This document shows positions 1 to 9,292 of a DNA stretch of 64,000 bases, one piece after another (position 1 is the first letter of the stretch; each line of letters begins with the position of its first letter). The stretch is from an uncultured archaeon. Its GTDB lineage: Archaea; Aenigmatarchaeota; Aenigmatarchaeia; QMZP01; JACQNV01. Under the pieces are notes generated by a model. The model searched no databases. It saw nothing but the letters and a program-made list of their open reading frames with translations, and had not been told where the DNA came from. Location: NCBI GenBank assembly GCA_964410585.1, contig CAYPFW010000001.1, positions 512,001 through 576,000 of the forward strand, in the 5' to 3' direction. The translations under genes and the position numbers were made by a program.

Positions 1-1947
1 TTTTTTGAAAAATACGCTAATTTTTGCAGAAGCTTTTTGAAAGTCAATCCAGACAAAGACACAGCAAAAAGCTTGCAGGCTGCTATTGATTTCACTGAAC
101 TTAAAACAACACCAACAGCTGTGATGTCTGCGATGGTTTTCACAATGTTTGTTTTTGTGATCCTTGGTGCAGCTGTTATTTTGTTAACAGGAAACTTTAC
201 TTTTGGCGTTGTCACAATAATAGCTGGACTTGGAATTGGATACTACATTTTGAAATATCCAATTGGCTATGTAAAAACTTTAAGAGTTAGAGCCTCCTCT
301 CAAGTGGTTTTGGCTATCCTTTACATGGTTGTATCAATGAGGATTTCGCCGAATTTGGAGCGAGCTTTGAGGTTTGCAGCAGCAAATGTCACAGGCGATT
401 TAGCAATTGATTTGAGGAAGCTTCTTTGGGATATTGAATTTGGAAAATATGTTTCAGCTGATCAGGCAATTTCAGTTTACATAGAAAAATGGAAAACAGA
501 AAACGAGGAATTTGCAGAGGCTTTGAGATTGATAAAAGATTCGCAAACACAAGCATATGAGGCTGTTGACAGGACATTGGACGAAGCCTTGAAAGTTGTT
601 TTAGAGGAAACAAAAAACAGGATGAAGCACTACACACAAGACCTGAGAATGCCTGTCATGATAATCCACATGATGGGTATAGTCCTCCCTGTATTAGGTG
701 CAATCATGGCGCCTTTAGCATCTGTTTTCCTATCATCTTCTTTTAGGCCAGAATTATTTGTAATAGGATATGACATTGTCTTGCCTCTAATAATTGTTTG
801 GTTCATTAACGCGACGCTGAAAAAAAGGCCTGTAACATTCTCTGAAATCGATATAGTAGAACATCCTGATATTCCGCCACAAGGCTCTTTCCTGATAAAA
901 AGGGCAGGCAAAAAAATAGCATTCCCAGCCTTCCCTGTAGCGTTTATAATAATTTTAGCAATTTGTCTTTTGCCTATCCTATACTTCTCATCACACCCTG
1001 AGTATCTTGTCCCATCTGCAGAACAAATAGAAAAAGGTCTACAATTCCCACCAGAAGCTCTTTTGATGTCGATTTTAATTGTATTAGGGGTTGGCTTTGG
1101 TTTAGCAGTTTACTTTATTTTGTCTTCATTCCAGTCTGTGAAAATACAAGAGAAAATCGAGAAAACAGAAGGCCAGTTTGAGCTGGCCCTTTTCCAGCTT
1201 GGAAATCGAGCAAAGTCAGGCGTGCCAACAGAAGTTGCAATTGAAAAATCAATAGATGACTTGAAAGATTTGGAGATATCCGACCTATTTAAAAGAGTTT
1301 TAAGAAACCTTCGGGAGCTTGGCTCATCATCTTTCAGAGATGCTTTGTTTAATCCAAAATTCGGTGCACTTAGGTACTATCCAAGCAAGCTCATAAAAAA
1401 TGTGATGTACACAGTCGCAGACACAGCTGAAAAAGGTGTGGCCTATGCATCAAACTCCATGCTTACTATTTCCAGATATTTGAAAAACGTGAAAGAGACA
1501 CAAGAATACATAAGGGACATGCTTTCAGAAACAGTAAGCTCAATGAAATTCCAAGCATACATGCTCACACCAATAATAACAGGTTTGATTGTCTCTATGT
1601 CTGAGATAATTACAAAAGTTTTTTTGACTTTGATAACACGGTTGAACAAAGTTGGTTTTTTGGGCGACGCTAACTTGATTTCTTCAGTTGACCTTTTCAA
1701 ACAAGTGAAAACAGCAATGTCGCCTGGTGTTTTCCAGCTAATTGTCGGGATCTATTTGGTTGAAGTGATAATTATTTTAGGGTTTTTCATGACAAAAATA
1801 TCCCATGGCCAGAACAAAGCTTTGGAATACAACACAGCAGGCAAAATGCTTATAATCGGAATAATTATGTATTTAGTAGTTGCCTTGATTTCAAGGTCAA
1901 TGTTTGTCGGATTGATAGACCAAGCATTGTCTTCGATATTGAGTTAG
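1..1947 (+). CDS. Type IV pilus/T2SS-F (TadB/TadC, ArlJ-like) membrane platform protein, 5'-truncated by the window edge
   Basis: Frame is open from base 1. Two T2SSF-like repeats (SPNLERALRFAA; SGVPTEVAIEK) are each followed by TM bundles. Confidence 0.8.
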   Translation, partial: FFEKYANFCRSFLKVNPDKDTAKSLQAAIDFTELKTTPTAVMSAMVFTMFVFVILGAAVILLTGNFTFGVVTIIAGLGIGYYILKYPIGYVKTLRVRASSQVVLAILYMVVSMRISPNLERALRFAAANVTGDLAIDLRKLLWDIEFGKYVSADQAISVYIEKWKTENEEFAEALRLIKDSQTQAYEAVDRTLDEALKVVLEETKNRMKHYTQDLRMPVMIIHMMGIVLPVLGAIMAPLASVFLSSSFRPELFVIGYDIVLPLIIVWFINATLKKRPVTFSEIDIVEHPDIPPQGSFLIKRAGKKIAFPAFPVAFIIILAICLLPILYFSSHPEYLVPSAEQIEKGLQFPPEALLMSILIVLGVGFGLAVYFILSSFQSVKIQEKIEKTEGQFELALFQLGNRAKSGVPTEVAIEKSIDDLKDLEISDLFKRVLRNLRELGSSSFRDALFNPKFGALRYYPSKLIKNVMYTVADTAEKGVAYASNSMLTISRYLKNVKETQEYIRDMLSETVSSMKFQAYMLTPIITGLIVSMSEIITKVFLTLITRLNKVGFLGDANLISSVDLFKQVKTAMSPGVFQLIVGIYLVEVIIILGFFMTKISHGQNKALEYNTAGKMLIIGIIMYLVVALISRSMFVGLIDQALSSILS

Positions 1948-1948
1948 T

Positions 1949-2107
1949 ATGAAATTAAAAGGATTTGCAGGATTTGGAGAGAGTTTAGTTGATTTTGTAC
2001 TGCACATACTCTTACCAATCGCAGTTGTTTTGTTTATAGTCGCTCTTGTTGTTGTTTATTTGCAGCAATCTGGGTTTAATATTTCGATACCGAATCCGCT
2101 TTCTTAG
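1949..2107 (+). CDS. Small pilin-like membrane protein (52 aa) with class III signal peptide, absent from the ORF track
   Basis: MKLKG|FAGFGESLVDFVLHILLPIAVVLFIVALVVVYLQQ...; ATG lies 1 nt after the platform gene stop. Confidence 0.65.
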   Translation: MKLKGFAGFGESLVDFVLHILLPIAVVLFIVALVVVYLQQSGFNISIPNPLS

Positions 2108-2140
2108 TTTATAAAAGATGATTTCTATTAATTCTATTGC

Positions 2141-2260
2141 GCCTCAGTGGCTCAGTGGTAGAGCGTTGCCTTGGTAAGCACTTCTTTTGCTTCGGCAAAA
2201 GACCTGCACTAGAAAAATCCGAAAAGGCAAAGGTCGCGTGTTCAACTCACGCCTGGGGCT
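2141..2260 (+). tRNA. tRNA-Thr(GGU) with 48-nt intron at 37/38 (2177-2224)
   Basis: Acceptor stem GCCTCAG/CTGGGGC, anticodon stem TTGCC/GGCAA, GGT at 2173-2175, T-loop TTCAACT, splice helix TTGG/CCGA. Confidence 0.9.
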
Positions 2261-2301
2261 TTCAAAACTCTTAAATACAAAACAACAATTAAGTGAATCA
2301 A

Positions 2302-2451
2302 GGGGTCGTCGTATAGTGGTAGTATATAGCTAATTGTCTAGCTAATAGCAGGCTCCAAAGCTCTATTGGAGCTATGAGGTTTTTTGAGGTTCTCAAAGAA
2401 CTTATGATATGAAGAAACCTGTGGATGGGCGTTCGATTCGCTCCGACCCCA
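2302..2451 (+). tRNA. tRNA-Trp(CCA) with two introns: 25/26 (2326-2346) and 37/38 (2359-2416)
   Basis: Acceptor GGGGTCG/CGACCCC, anticodon stem GCAGG/CCTGT, CCA at 2355-2357, T-loop TTCGATT. The first intron forms a BHB (TAGT/GCTA helix, two ATA bulges). Confidence 0.88.
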
Positions 2452-2560
2452 CTTATTTTTTAAAATTTCAATAAAATCATTTAGTATGAGGGTGAAATGA
2501 TAAAGAACATGCGCAAAATAGTTGAGGAAGGTTATGAAAAAGGCGACTCCACTTCTATTT

Positions 2561-3493
2561 TTATTTTATGTGTTTCTCAAATTCATTAACTAGAGTTACA
2601 ATCGAATCACCTTCCCCATCTTTTTCCCAATCAATTTTGGGGGGATTGTAATTTTGCGGTCGCCACTCAGTTATGCGCCTATAATCATCACCAGACATCT
2701 GAAATTCACTCGATGCAATATTTTCGTCAATGTGTTTTTTACTTGCTGACATAATCATTGGATAATACCCCATCTCACAAATCCAGTTCAGGATTATTTG
2801 ACTTTGGGTTTTATTGTATTTTTTGGCCAATTCAACAAGAAGCGGCCAATTATGTTTCAGTGTAGAGCTGCGCCTCAGTGGACGCCAAATAATATTTTTT
2901 ACATCCAACTCATCACAGGTTTTAAAGACACCCTTGTCTTGTAGCGCCCTTATTTCAAAGCTTATATGACCTTCGTGTGCAATGAACTTATCTCCAAATT
3001 CCTTTTTGAAGAGTCTAATACAATTCGGACTCGCGTTTGAAAGACTGACATATCTGGTTTTTCCATCTTTTAAAAGGTTATGAAGTAATGAGTAGGTGAA
3101 CTTTTCACCAAACTGTTTTATGAAGGACTGTGTTACGAGTGTAGAGTCCGCATAATTTGTGTCCATTATTCTGTAGAAGCTAACAATATCTTGTTTAACA
3201 ACATCAGCTGATGTCAAATCTCTTGGATAAAGTGAATGAGTCAGAAAAAGGTCTTCCCTCTTAATTGAACTTTTGTCTAGTGCTATTTTGAATAGCATTA
3301 GGGCTTGCCCATGTCCGTAACCCAGTGAAATCTCAGTAAAATTGATACCTTTTTTGAGAGCATAGACGAGAGCTTCTATGTATTTTTCGTCTTCAAGCTT
3401 TTCTGTGATAATCATGTCCCTGTGACCACGACCACCAATACCATAACTACCTATTCCAATTTTAGAAATATTCCTACCAGACACGGTTTTCAT
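2561..3493 (-). CDS. Aldo/keto reductase family protein (divergent)
   Basis: IGIGSYGIGG N-terminus, GKTRYVSLSN, LAKKYNKTQSQIILNW, HIDENI. Confidence 0.85.
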   Translation of the reverse strand: MKTVSGRNISKIGIGSYGIGGRGHRDMIITEKLEDEKYIEALVYALKKGINFTEISLGYGHGQALMLFKIALDKSSIKREDLFLTHSLYPRDLTSADVVKQDIVSFYRIMDTNYADSTLVTQSFIKQFGEKFTYSLLHNLLKDGKTRYVSLSNASPNCIRLFKKEFGDKFIAHEGHISFEIRALQDKGVFKTCDELDVKNIIWRPLRRSSTLKHNWPLLVELAKKYNKTQSQIILNWICEMGYYPMIMSASKKHIDENIASSEFQMSGDDYRRITEWRPQNYNPPKIDWEKDGEGDSIVTLVNEFEKHIK

Positions 3494-3570
3494 ATCATTT
3501 CACCAAATTGTGTAACTAATCATTCTTCAGAAAGTCCATTACTTCGTGTATTTTATGATCTTCAATATGT

Positions 3571-3825
3571 CTACAACTCAAACTCAAATAGCTTGTACTT
3601 CACTTTCACTTTAAACCCTGCGTCTTTTAGTTTTTTCAAACTACCAGAGCCTTTGATTTTGCCTTTCAACAAATCAAGCAAACCCATATCAATTGCAGCC
3701 ATTGGGTTTTTGATGTCAACAAGTATCTCCTTGTCCTTTGATTTTATTGATAAGATTTCTTTTTTGTCAATTTCAAAAGTAAAATCAGCTTCTCCTTTCA
3801 AGGTTGATAAATATTCAGATATCAT
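3571..3825 (-). CDS. Hypothetical protein (84 aa)
   Basis: Lys-rich ORF; its start overlaps the upstream ORF stop (ATGA). Confidence 0.65.
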   Translation of the reverse strand: MISEYLSTLKGEADFTFEIDKKEILSIKSKDKEILVDIKNPMAAIDMGLLDLLKGKIKGSGSLKKLKDAGFKVKVKYKLFEFEL

Positions 3826-4049
3826 TTTTTGGTCTCCTTGGATTTTGGTGAAATAGAAATCTCCAACTTTCCATCAATTTTAGCTTTAGATTTGCCCAAA
3901 TCAATTTCAATGTCTTTCAAATTCAAAGTGGTCTTTCCTTCCTTGCCTTCAAGTGATTTCAGGAACTTTTCAATGAATTCTTTTTTCTCTTTTAGAAGTT
4001 CAGATATCATCGGTGTTTTTGGTTTTGTTTTATTTATAGGTATGCCCAC
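3822..4049 (-). CDS. Hypothetical protein (start may be an internal Met)
   Basis: Lys-rich ORF translationally coupled to 3571..3825. Confidence 0.55.
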   Translation of the reverse strand: MGIPINKTKPKTPMISELLKEKKEFIEKFLKSLEGKEGKTTLNLKDIEIDLGKSKAKIDGKLEISISPKSKETKK

Positions 4050-4075
4050 ACATATTTTGATATTAGGGGTGTCAA

Positions 4076-5359
4076 ATGGAATCGATTGTAATAGGCAGAG
4101 ACAAATCAGATCAGGAAAAATACGGCGAAAAGGGAACTGCTTTTATTGGAAAGCATATTGTAGGATCAGGCGATGACGCACACTTAACAAATCCTATCCT
4201 TTTAGACATGGTTAAGCCGCACGTTGTTCTTGTTCTAGGCAAAAGAGGAACTGGAAAATCTTACTCAGCTGGAGTTATAGCAGAAGAAATGACACTTTTG
4301 CCAAAAGAAATCAAAGACAATCTTTCTGTTATTTTGATTGACACAATGGGAATTTTTTGGTCAATGAAAACGCCAAATGATAGGGATAGGAAGCTTCTAA
4401 AAGAATGGAATTTAGACCCAAAAAAACTAGATGCAAGGCTGTTCGCGCCAAAAAAATTCGCAAAAGAGTACGAGGATGTTGGTGTCTCTGTTGACGGTAT
4501 TTTGGCTCTTCCTTGCGGCGAACTAGAAGCAGCTGATTGGATTCTCACTTTTGGTTTCAATCCAATTGAATCGCATGCAATTGCAATTGAAAAAATAATA
4601 AAAAGAGTAAGGGAGAGATTGGACAAAAAATATGGGATAAAAGACATACTTGCAGAAATAGACAAAGACAAAAAAATGGATCCTGTGATAAAAGAGGCTC
4701 TAGTTAATCGGTTTACAGTTGCAGAAGAATGGGGAGTTTTTGAAAAAGAAGGCACATCTATTTCCGACCTGTTTGCCGCTGGAACAGTGAATGTGATTGA
4801 TGTTTCTCATTTTATGAGAATGTCTGGATTTTGGTCTGTTCGAACTTTGCTAACAGGTTTGCTTTCTAGAAAAATTTTCATGGAGAGGTTGAAAGCAAGA
4901 AAATCAGAGGAATTTGAGACGATGACAGGCGAGAAGAGAAAAAAAGTGCCAATGGTTTGGATAATGATGGACGAAGCTCACCAATTTATTGGCAGGGAAA
5001 AAACAGCTGCAACAGAACCTTTGCTCACTCTGATAAAAGAAGGAAGAGAGCCAGGTATATCTGTTTTGCTTATCACTCAGAGACCAGGGAAGTTGCACGA
5101 AGATGCTTTGGCTCAAGCTGATTTGATTATTTCTCATAGACTAACCTCAAGAGAAGATATCAAAGCTTTGCAATCAACAATGCAGACATACATGCTCGAA
5201 GACATCACAGAATACTTGAGCGAACTTCCAAGGGATAAGGGCTCTGCTTTGATTTTAGACGACAATTCTGAAAGGCTTTTTACAGCACAAATAAGACCAA
5301 GGATAAGCTGGCATGCAGGCGGATCTCCTTCTGCGATAAAAGAGAAAGGCCTAGTTTAG
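4076..5359 (+). CDS. HerA/FtsK-like (DUF87) ATPase
   Basis: Walker A GKRGTGKS, IDTMG, Walker B MMDEAH, KEGREPG, ITQRP. Confidence 0.85.
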   Translation: MESIVIGRDKSDQEKYGEKGTAFIGKHIVGSGDDAHLTNPILLDMVKPHVVLVLGKRGTGKSYSAGVIAEEMTLLPKEIKDNLSVILIDTMGIFWSMKTPNDRDRKLLKEWNLDPKKLDARLFAPKKFAKEYEDVGVSVDGILALPCGELEAADWILTFGFNPIESHAIAIEKIIKRVRERLDKKYGIKDILAEIDKDKKMDPVIKEALVNRFTVAEEWGVFEKEGTSISDLFAAGTVNVIDVSHFMRMSGFWSVRTLLTGLLSRKIFMERLKARKSEEFETMTGEKRKKVPMVWIMMDEAHQFIGREKTAATEPLLTLIKEGREPGISVLLITQRPGKLHEDALAQADLIISHRLTSREDIKALQSTMQTYMLEDITEYLSELPRDKGSALILDDNSERLFTAQIRPRISWHAGGSPSAIKEKGLV

Positions 5360-5360
5360 T

Positions 5361-5990
5361 ATGGTTGAGAAAATTCAGTTTTTTTCTTCTGAGACAAATA
5401 GGTTCTACCAACTTTTTCCAACAAAAACAGCACCAACTTTGAAAATTTCTGGCGTGCCAATGCATAGGCATACTCATGTTGACCCCCTTACTGATACAGA
5501 ACTTAAAATAAAAGCACTCAAACCTCACGGTCTTGTGTTAGACACGTGCACTGGTTTAGGATACACAGCGATTTATTCTGCGAGAGAACCAAAGGTCACA
5601 AAAGTCATAACAGTGGAAAAAGATGAAAATGTTTTGAAAATAGCTGGAATGAATGAATTTTCAAACGACCTTTTTTCAAACCCAAAAATAGAAATTGTCC
5701 AAGCAAATGTTTTTGAGAAAATAAAAGAATTTCCTTCAAAACATTTTGATTCAATAATACATGACCCGCCAACATTTATCATGGCAACTGAACTCTATTC
5801 TTTGAAATTTTATGCAGAGCTTTATAGAGTTTTAAAACCAAAATCCAAGCTCTGGCACTATTGTCCTGAACCAGGTAAGCTAAGCGGAAAGAAGCCTTTG
5901 AGAGACAAAGTAAAAAGGAATTTGGAAGAAACAGGATTTAGAAAGGTTGTTTTTGATGTTCAGTCTTTTGGTTTGCTTGCTGAGAAATAA
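5361..5990 (+). CDS. SAM-dependent methyltransferase (archaeal type)
   Basis: VLDTCTGLGYTA, VEKD, IIHDPP. Confidence 0.85.
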   Translation: MVEKIQFFSSETNRFYQLFPTKTAPTLKISGVPMHRHTHVDPLTDTELKIKALKPHGLVLDTCTGLGYTAIYSAREPKVTKVITVEKDENVLKIAGMNEFSNDLFSNPKIEIVQANVFEKIKEFPSKHFDSIIHDPPTFIMATELYSLKFYAELYRVLKPKSKLWHYCPEPGKLSGKKPLRDKVKRNLEETGFRKVVFDVQSFGLLAEK

Positions 5991-6557
5991 TTAAACCCTA
6001 TTATACATCTTGTGTAGTTTTGGCAAGAAAACATCCATGTGCGTGCCTGTTGCATCTCTTGTGTCTAATTCTCCAGCCCTTTGTGTCCAATGGTATGACT
6101 CGTGGTTTCTAACATCCCTGAAAGGCTCGCCTTTTAAATCACCTCTAACTACAACATTAAATCCCATGCTAGGAGTTGTATAACCAAACAAGCCTGAACC
6201 CATCAGATATTCGTGCTGTCTAATGATTTGCAAATATGTTCCAGGGACAAAAAGGGAAGAATCGCCTTCTTTGTAGTTTTCTGTATGCGTTACTGTTGGC
6301 TTTGGGCCAGAATAAATGAGCGGATGCTCAAAGTATTGGGTGTTTTGCTTGTTGTATTCGTTCTCTGAGTCACCTGATTTTTCAATTTTTTGGTCTATAG
6401 ATTTTTCATCTTTTGTCTTTTCCGGATTTGTTTTTTTATCGCTTTCTGTTCCTTCTTTTATTTTTTCATCCAGAATTTTTATCACATCTTCTGTCTTTTT
6501 CAAATCTGCAAAAACTTTCTTCAAGTCTTCCAACAACTGGATTTCTTCCTTCCTCAT
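5991..6557 (-). CDS. Hypothetical protein with N-terminal coiled coil and C-terminal HExxH motif
   Basis: Likely start MRKEE at 6557 (the upstream extension runs through repeat copy A); RNHESYH near the C-terminus. Confidence 0.65.
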   Translation of the reverse strand: MRKEEIQLLEDLKKVFADLKKTEDVIKILDEKIKEGTESDKKTNPEKTKDEKSIDQKIEKSGDSENEYNKQNTQYFEHPLIYSGPKPTVTHTENYKEGDSSLFVPGTYLQIIRQHEYLMGSGLFGYTTPSMGFNVVVRGDLKGEPFRDVRNHESYHWTQRAGELDTRDATGTHMDVFLPKLHKMYNRV

Positions 6558-6559
6558 AT

Positions 6560-6720
6560 AACCTTTTATCTTAAAAGCTTGACCAAAACAGGAGGCTAAA
6601 TCGTGTCTCCTCTTCGCAAAGTTGACACGAGACATCTCTGCATGCTTTGCACGCAGGAGATGCAGATTTTCCTTCGCTGTTGCTCGAAAAATTTTACGCC
6701 TTCCAATAAAAGAAGGTTAG
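6560..6720 (-). repeat. Dispersed stem-loop element family 1, copy A (with nested family-2 insert 6601-6663)
   Basis: Plus strand AACCTTTT..AAAAGCTT-GACCAAAACAGGAGGCTAAA...TTTTACGCCTTCCA, directly upstream of the ATG at 6557. Confidence 0.85.
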
Positions 6721-6755
6721 CAAAAGGCTTTATAAGCAGATCCCTAATATAAAGA

Positions 6756-6810
6756 GGCAATGAGGATAACGCTCCAGAATGATTTGTGATTTCACGAGAG
6801 TTGCTGAGCC
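6756..6810 (+). ncRNA. Box C/D methylation guide sRNA
   Basis: GGC/GCC terminal stem, box C ATGAGGA, 12-nt guide, D' ATGA, C' GTGATT, 11-nt guide, box D CTGA; TATA-like TTTATAAG about 27 nt upstream. Confidence 0.7.
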
Positions 6811-6812
6811 CC

Positions 6813-6905
6813 AATCTTTTGTCACAAAAGATTGACCAAAACAGGAGGCTAATTTTTCTGCGTCTGCGGACTTGAAAAATTTACGCCTTCCCAAAACAAG
6901 CTAGC
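6813..6905 (-). repeat. Family 1 element, copy B
   Basis: AATCTTTTGTCACAAAAGATT-GACCAAAACAGGAGGCTAATTTTTC...GAAAAATTTACGCCTTCC. Confidence 0.85.
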
Positions 6906-6944
6906 ACAAGACACTATTTTTATATTGTTCGTATCAAATTTTAT

Positions 6945-7655
6945 TCAATCTTTCCCATTTAGAACTGGCGAGCTTCTTCCATATCTAATCGGAATAAACT
7001 GTCTTTCCAACGAGACCAATTCGCCAACCAAAAAGTTTGGCACTCCTCTTTCCCAGGCATTTGCTACAACATCTTGATTCCCGACAACTGCAAATTGAGT
7101 ATTTTCAGATCCCTCTGAAGCCATTCTAATCGTATCGCTCCAAACAATGTGGCTTCCACAAGCAAAAACAATCAAATTATATGTTTTCTCACCTAAAAAC
7201 TGAGATATGGCTCTTCTATTTATGGCGATATCAGTATCACATTTTAGGACTTTCTCAAAATAGCCTTGAAGTTTCCTGGTATCATCTTCTTCTCCAATAA
7301 TCAAAATATCAAACCGATTGCAAAAATCTATTGAGGATAATATCCCTTTCCTTTCTGTAGATGGGTAAAGCAATCTCCACCTCTCTCCTCTTGTATAGTT
7401 TGAAGAAAATGCTTTAGGATATTGGATTTGGGCTTTTACCTCCAGTGTTTTTGCAACAAAATGTGCGGCTGTTCTTGGATCCCCTGAACTAAAATCAAAT
7501 TCTAAATAATCTAAATGCTGAACACCAATTGTTCTCCTTTTTCTTTGTCCAAAGGAATCCCTATATTCCCTGCTTTCATCTGCTCTGGATACAGAAACCT
7601 CAATTCTACCGTCTGTCCCATTTCCATGAGCTTCTATGTTTATTCCATATCTCAT
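6945..7655 (-). CDS. Hypothetical protein with degenerate receiver-like C-terminal domain
   Basis: DILIIGEEDD...YNLIVF pattern resembles a CheY fold; the phosphoacceptor Asp is not evident. Confidence 0.55.
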   Translation of the reverse strand: MRYGINIEAHGNGTDGRIEVSVSRADESREYRDSFGQRKRRTIGVQHLDYLEFDFSSGDPRTAAHFVAKTLEVKAQIQYPKAFSSNYTRGERWRLLYPSTERKGILSSIDFCNRFDILIIGEEDDTRKLQGYFEKVLKCDTDIAINRRAISQFLGEKTYNLIVFACGSHIVWSDTIRMASEGSENTQFAVVGNQDVVANAWERGVPNFLVGELVSLERQFIPIRYGRSSPVLNGKD

Positions 7656-7704
7656 TAGAGAAATGATCAAGTAAGTTTTTTAAGTTTTGAACCAAGCTTT
7701 GTAT

Positions 7705-8958
7705 ATGGGATTTTTGGATGTTTTTAAGACAAAGAAGACTCTTGTGCAGGAATCAAGCAAGGTTCAGATCCAATTTTCCGATTTCCAAAAATGGTTTGAA
7801 AAAGAGTTTTCAGGAAAAATAGAAAAAGCAGAATCAGATATAAGGAAAATAAACAAGCAAATCTTGGAGAGCCTTCCTGAAATAAAGAAATCAATACAAA
7901 AACTCGAAAAGGCAAAAATCGAAGAAAAGCACAGAGAGGATTCTATAATAAATTCTTTGAAAGAAAGCTACTACAAAAGAGCGCTTTCAACATACAACAA
8001 GTTTCCAACAGAACTTATAGATGATTTTGACAAGAAAGTTCAATCTATTTTAACTGAGCTAAACAACCCAAATCCAAAGGAAATATTTGTTGTATCTACT
8101 TATTTTAAAAACGAGTCTAAAAGTCTCATAGATTCCCTAAAACAAACACAGGAACTACTAACAAAACTTGATCAGTATGTTTCGGGTGATGGAAAAATAG
8201 TTTTTGTAAAAGGGGAAGTTGATAGCCTTCTAAACACATTTAACCGATATACGAATGAAAACAAAAGACTGGAACAAGAGATTTTAGAAAACGAGAAAAA
8301 AACAAAAGAATTAACTGAAAGGATAGAAAGACTCAAATCTGACGTCGATCATTTGAAGAATAGTGACCAAGCTAAACGTGAGATAGAGCTTAGGTGGGGA
8401 ATAGAAATTTTGGAAAAGGATGTTTCTAGCCTGGAAATGTTGATCAAAGAAAATTTATCTGTTTTGAAAAGACCAATTGAAAAACTTCAGCACGAAGTTG
8501 ATCTTTTGGAAGACGAAAAAAAATCTTTGGATAAGTTTTCAAAATCACCATTCAAATTTTTCTCAGATGAACCAAACGAGGTTTCTGTATTTTTTGAGCT
8601 AATTAAGAAAAACCTGCACCTACTGAAACTAAAAGACACGGACGCTGAAAAAATAAAGGTCTTTGATTTTGAAAGGCTCAAACAAATGAGGGAAGATTAT
8701 TTACAAAAGATAGTTGAAAGAGGTCAAGCTCAAAACAAGCTTGAGGAAAGCGACTTGAACGCTGAAATACAAGGCTTGGAGCAAGAAAATGAGAGAACTG
8801 TGAAGGACATAGAAGAGCTTTTGAAGGATGGGCAGAAGGACAAAAACAAAATTGCTGAAAACAAAAGTGAAGCTGCAAAAATAAAGGAGAGCCTTAGGAA
8901 AATGATCTTTGAAAAACTTAGTATTGAAATCGAGTTTATAGAAGATATAAAAGACTAA
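7705..8958 (+). CDS. Long coiled-coil hypothetical protein
   Basis: K/E-rich heptad patterns throughout; start MGFLD. Confidence 0.7.
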   Translation: MGFLDVFKTKKTLVQESSKVQIQFSDFQKWFEKEFSGKIEKAESDIRKINKQILESLPEIKKSIQKLEKAKIEEKHREDSIINSLKESYYKRALSTYNKFPTELIDDFDKKVQSILTELNNPNPKEIFVVSTYFKNESKSLIDSLKQTQELLTKLDQYVSGDGKIVFVKGEVDSLLNTFNRYTNENKRLEQEILENEKKTKELTERIERLKSDVDHLKNSDQAKREIELRWGIEILEKDVSSLEMLIKENLSVLKRPIEKLQHEVDLLEDEKKSLDKFSKSPFKFFSDEPNEVSVFFELIKKNLHLLKLKDTDAEKIKVFDFERLKQMREDYLQKIVERGQAQNKLEESDLNAEIQGLEQENERTVKDIEELLKDGQKDKNKIAENKSEAAKIKESLRKMIFEKLSIEIEFIEDIKD

Positions 8959-8974
8959 GGATAAATATGTGCAT

Positions 8975-9292
8975 ATGCCAAAGGATTTTACAGAGAAAAG
9001 GATAGAAGTGTTGGTTGTTTTCCAGGAAAAGCTAGCTCTGAAAATGAATGATTCTGATTTTAGACACGAAGTTTTGGAACCTTTAATGTATTCTGGAATA
9101 AGCGAAGAAAGCCTAAACCATTTAGCTGATCATGTTTTGCAAGAAGAAGAATTGCAACATATTGTTAGGGAACTTCTAAAAGATGGATACGATGAAAAAG
9201 AGTTGAAGAGGGAGCTGAAAATCCTCCTGAAAAAAATGATCGAAAGGCTTTCTAAATTCAACACAGAAACAAACGATGATTATATTGGTTAA
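8975..9292 (+). CDS. Hypothetical protein
   Basis: About 105-aa helical ORF following the coiled-coil gene. Confidence 0.6.
   Translation: MPKDFTEKRIEVLVVFQEKLALKMNDSDFRHEVLEPLMYSGISEESLNHLADHVLQEEELQHIVRELLKDGYDEKELKRELKILLKKMIERLSKFNTETNDDYIG

Noticed and set aside
6560-6905. Two nearby repeats read as a CRISPR array
   Set aside because: Only two copies, long and structured, with no regular spacers and no cas genes.
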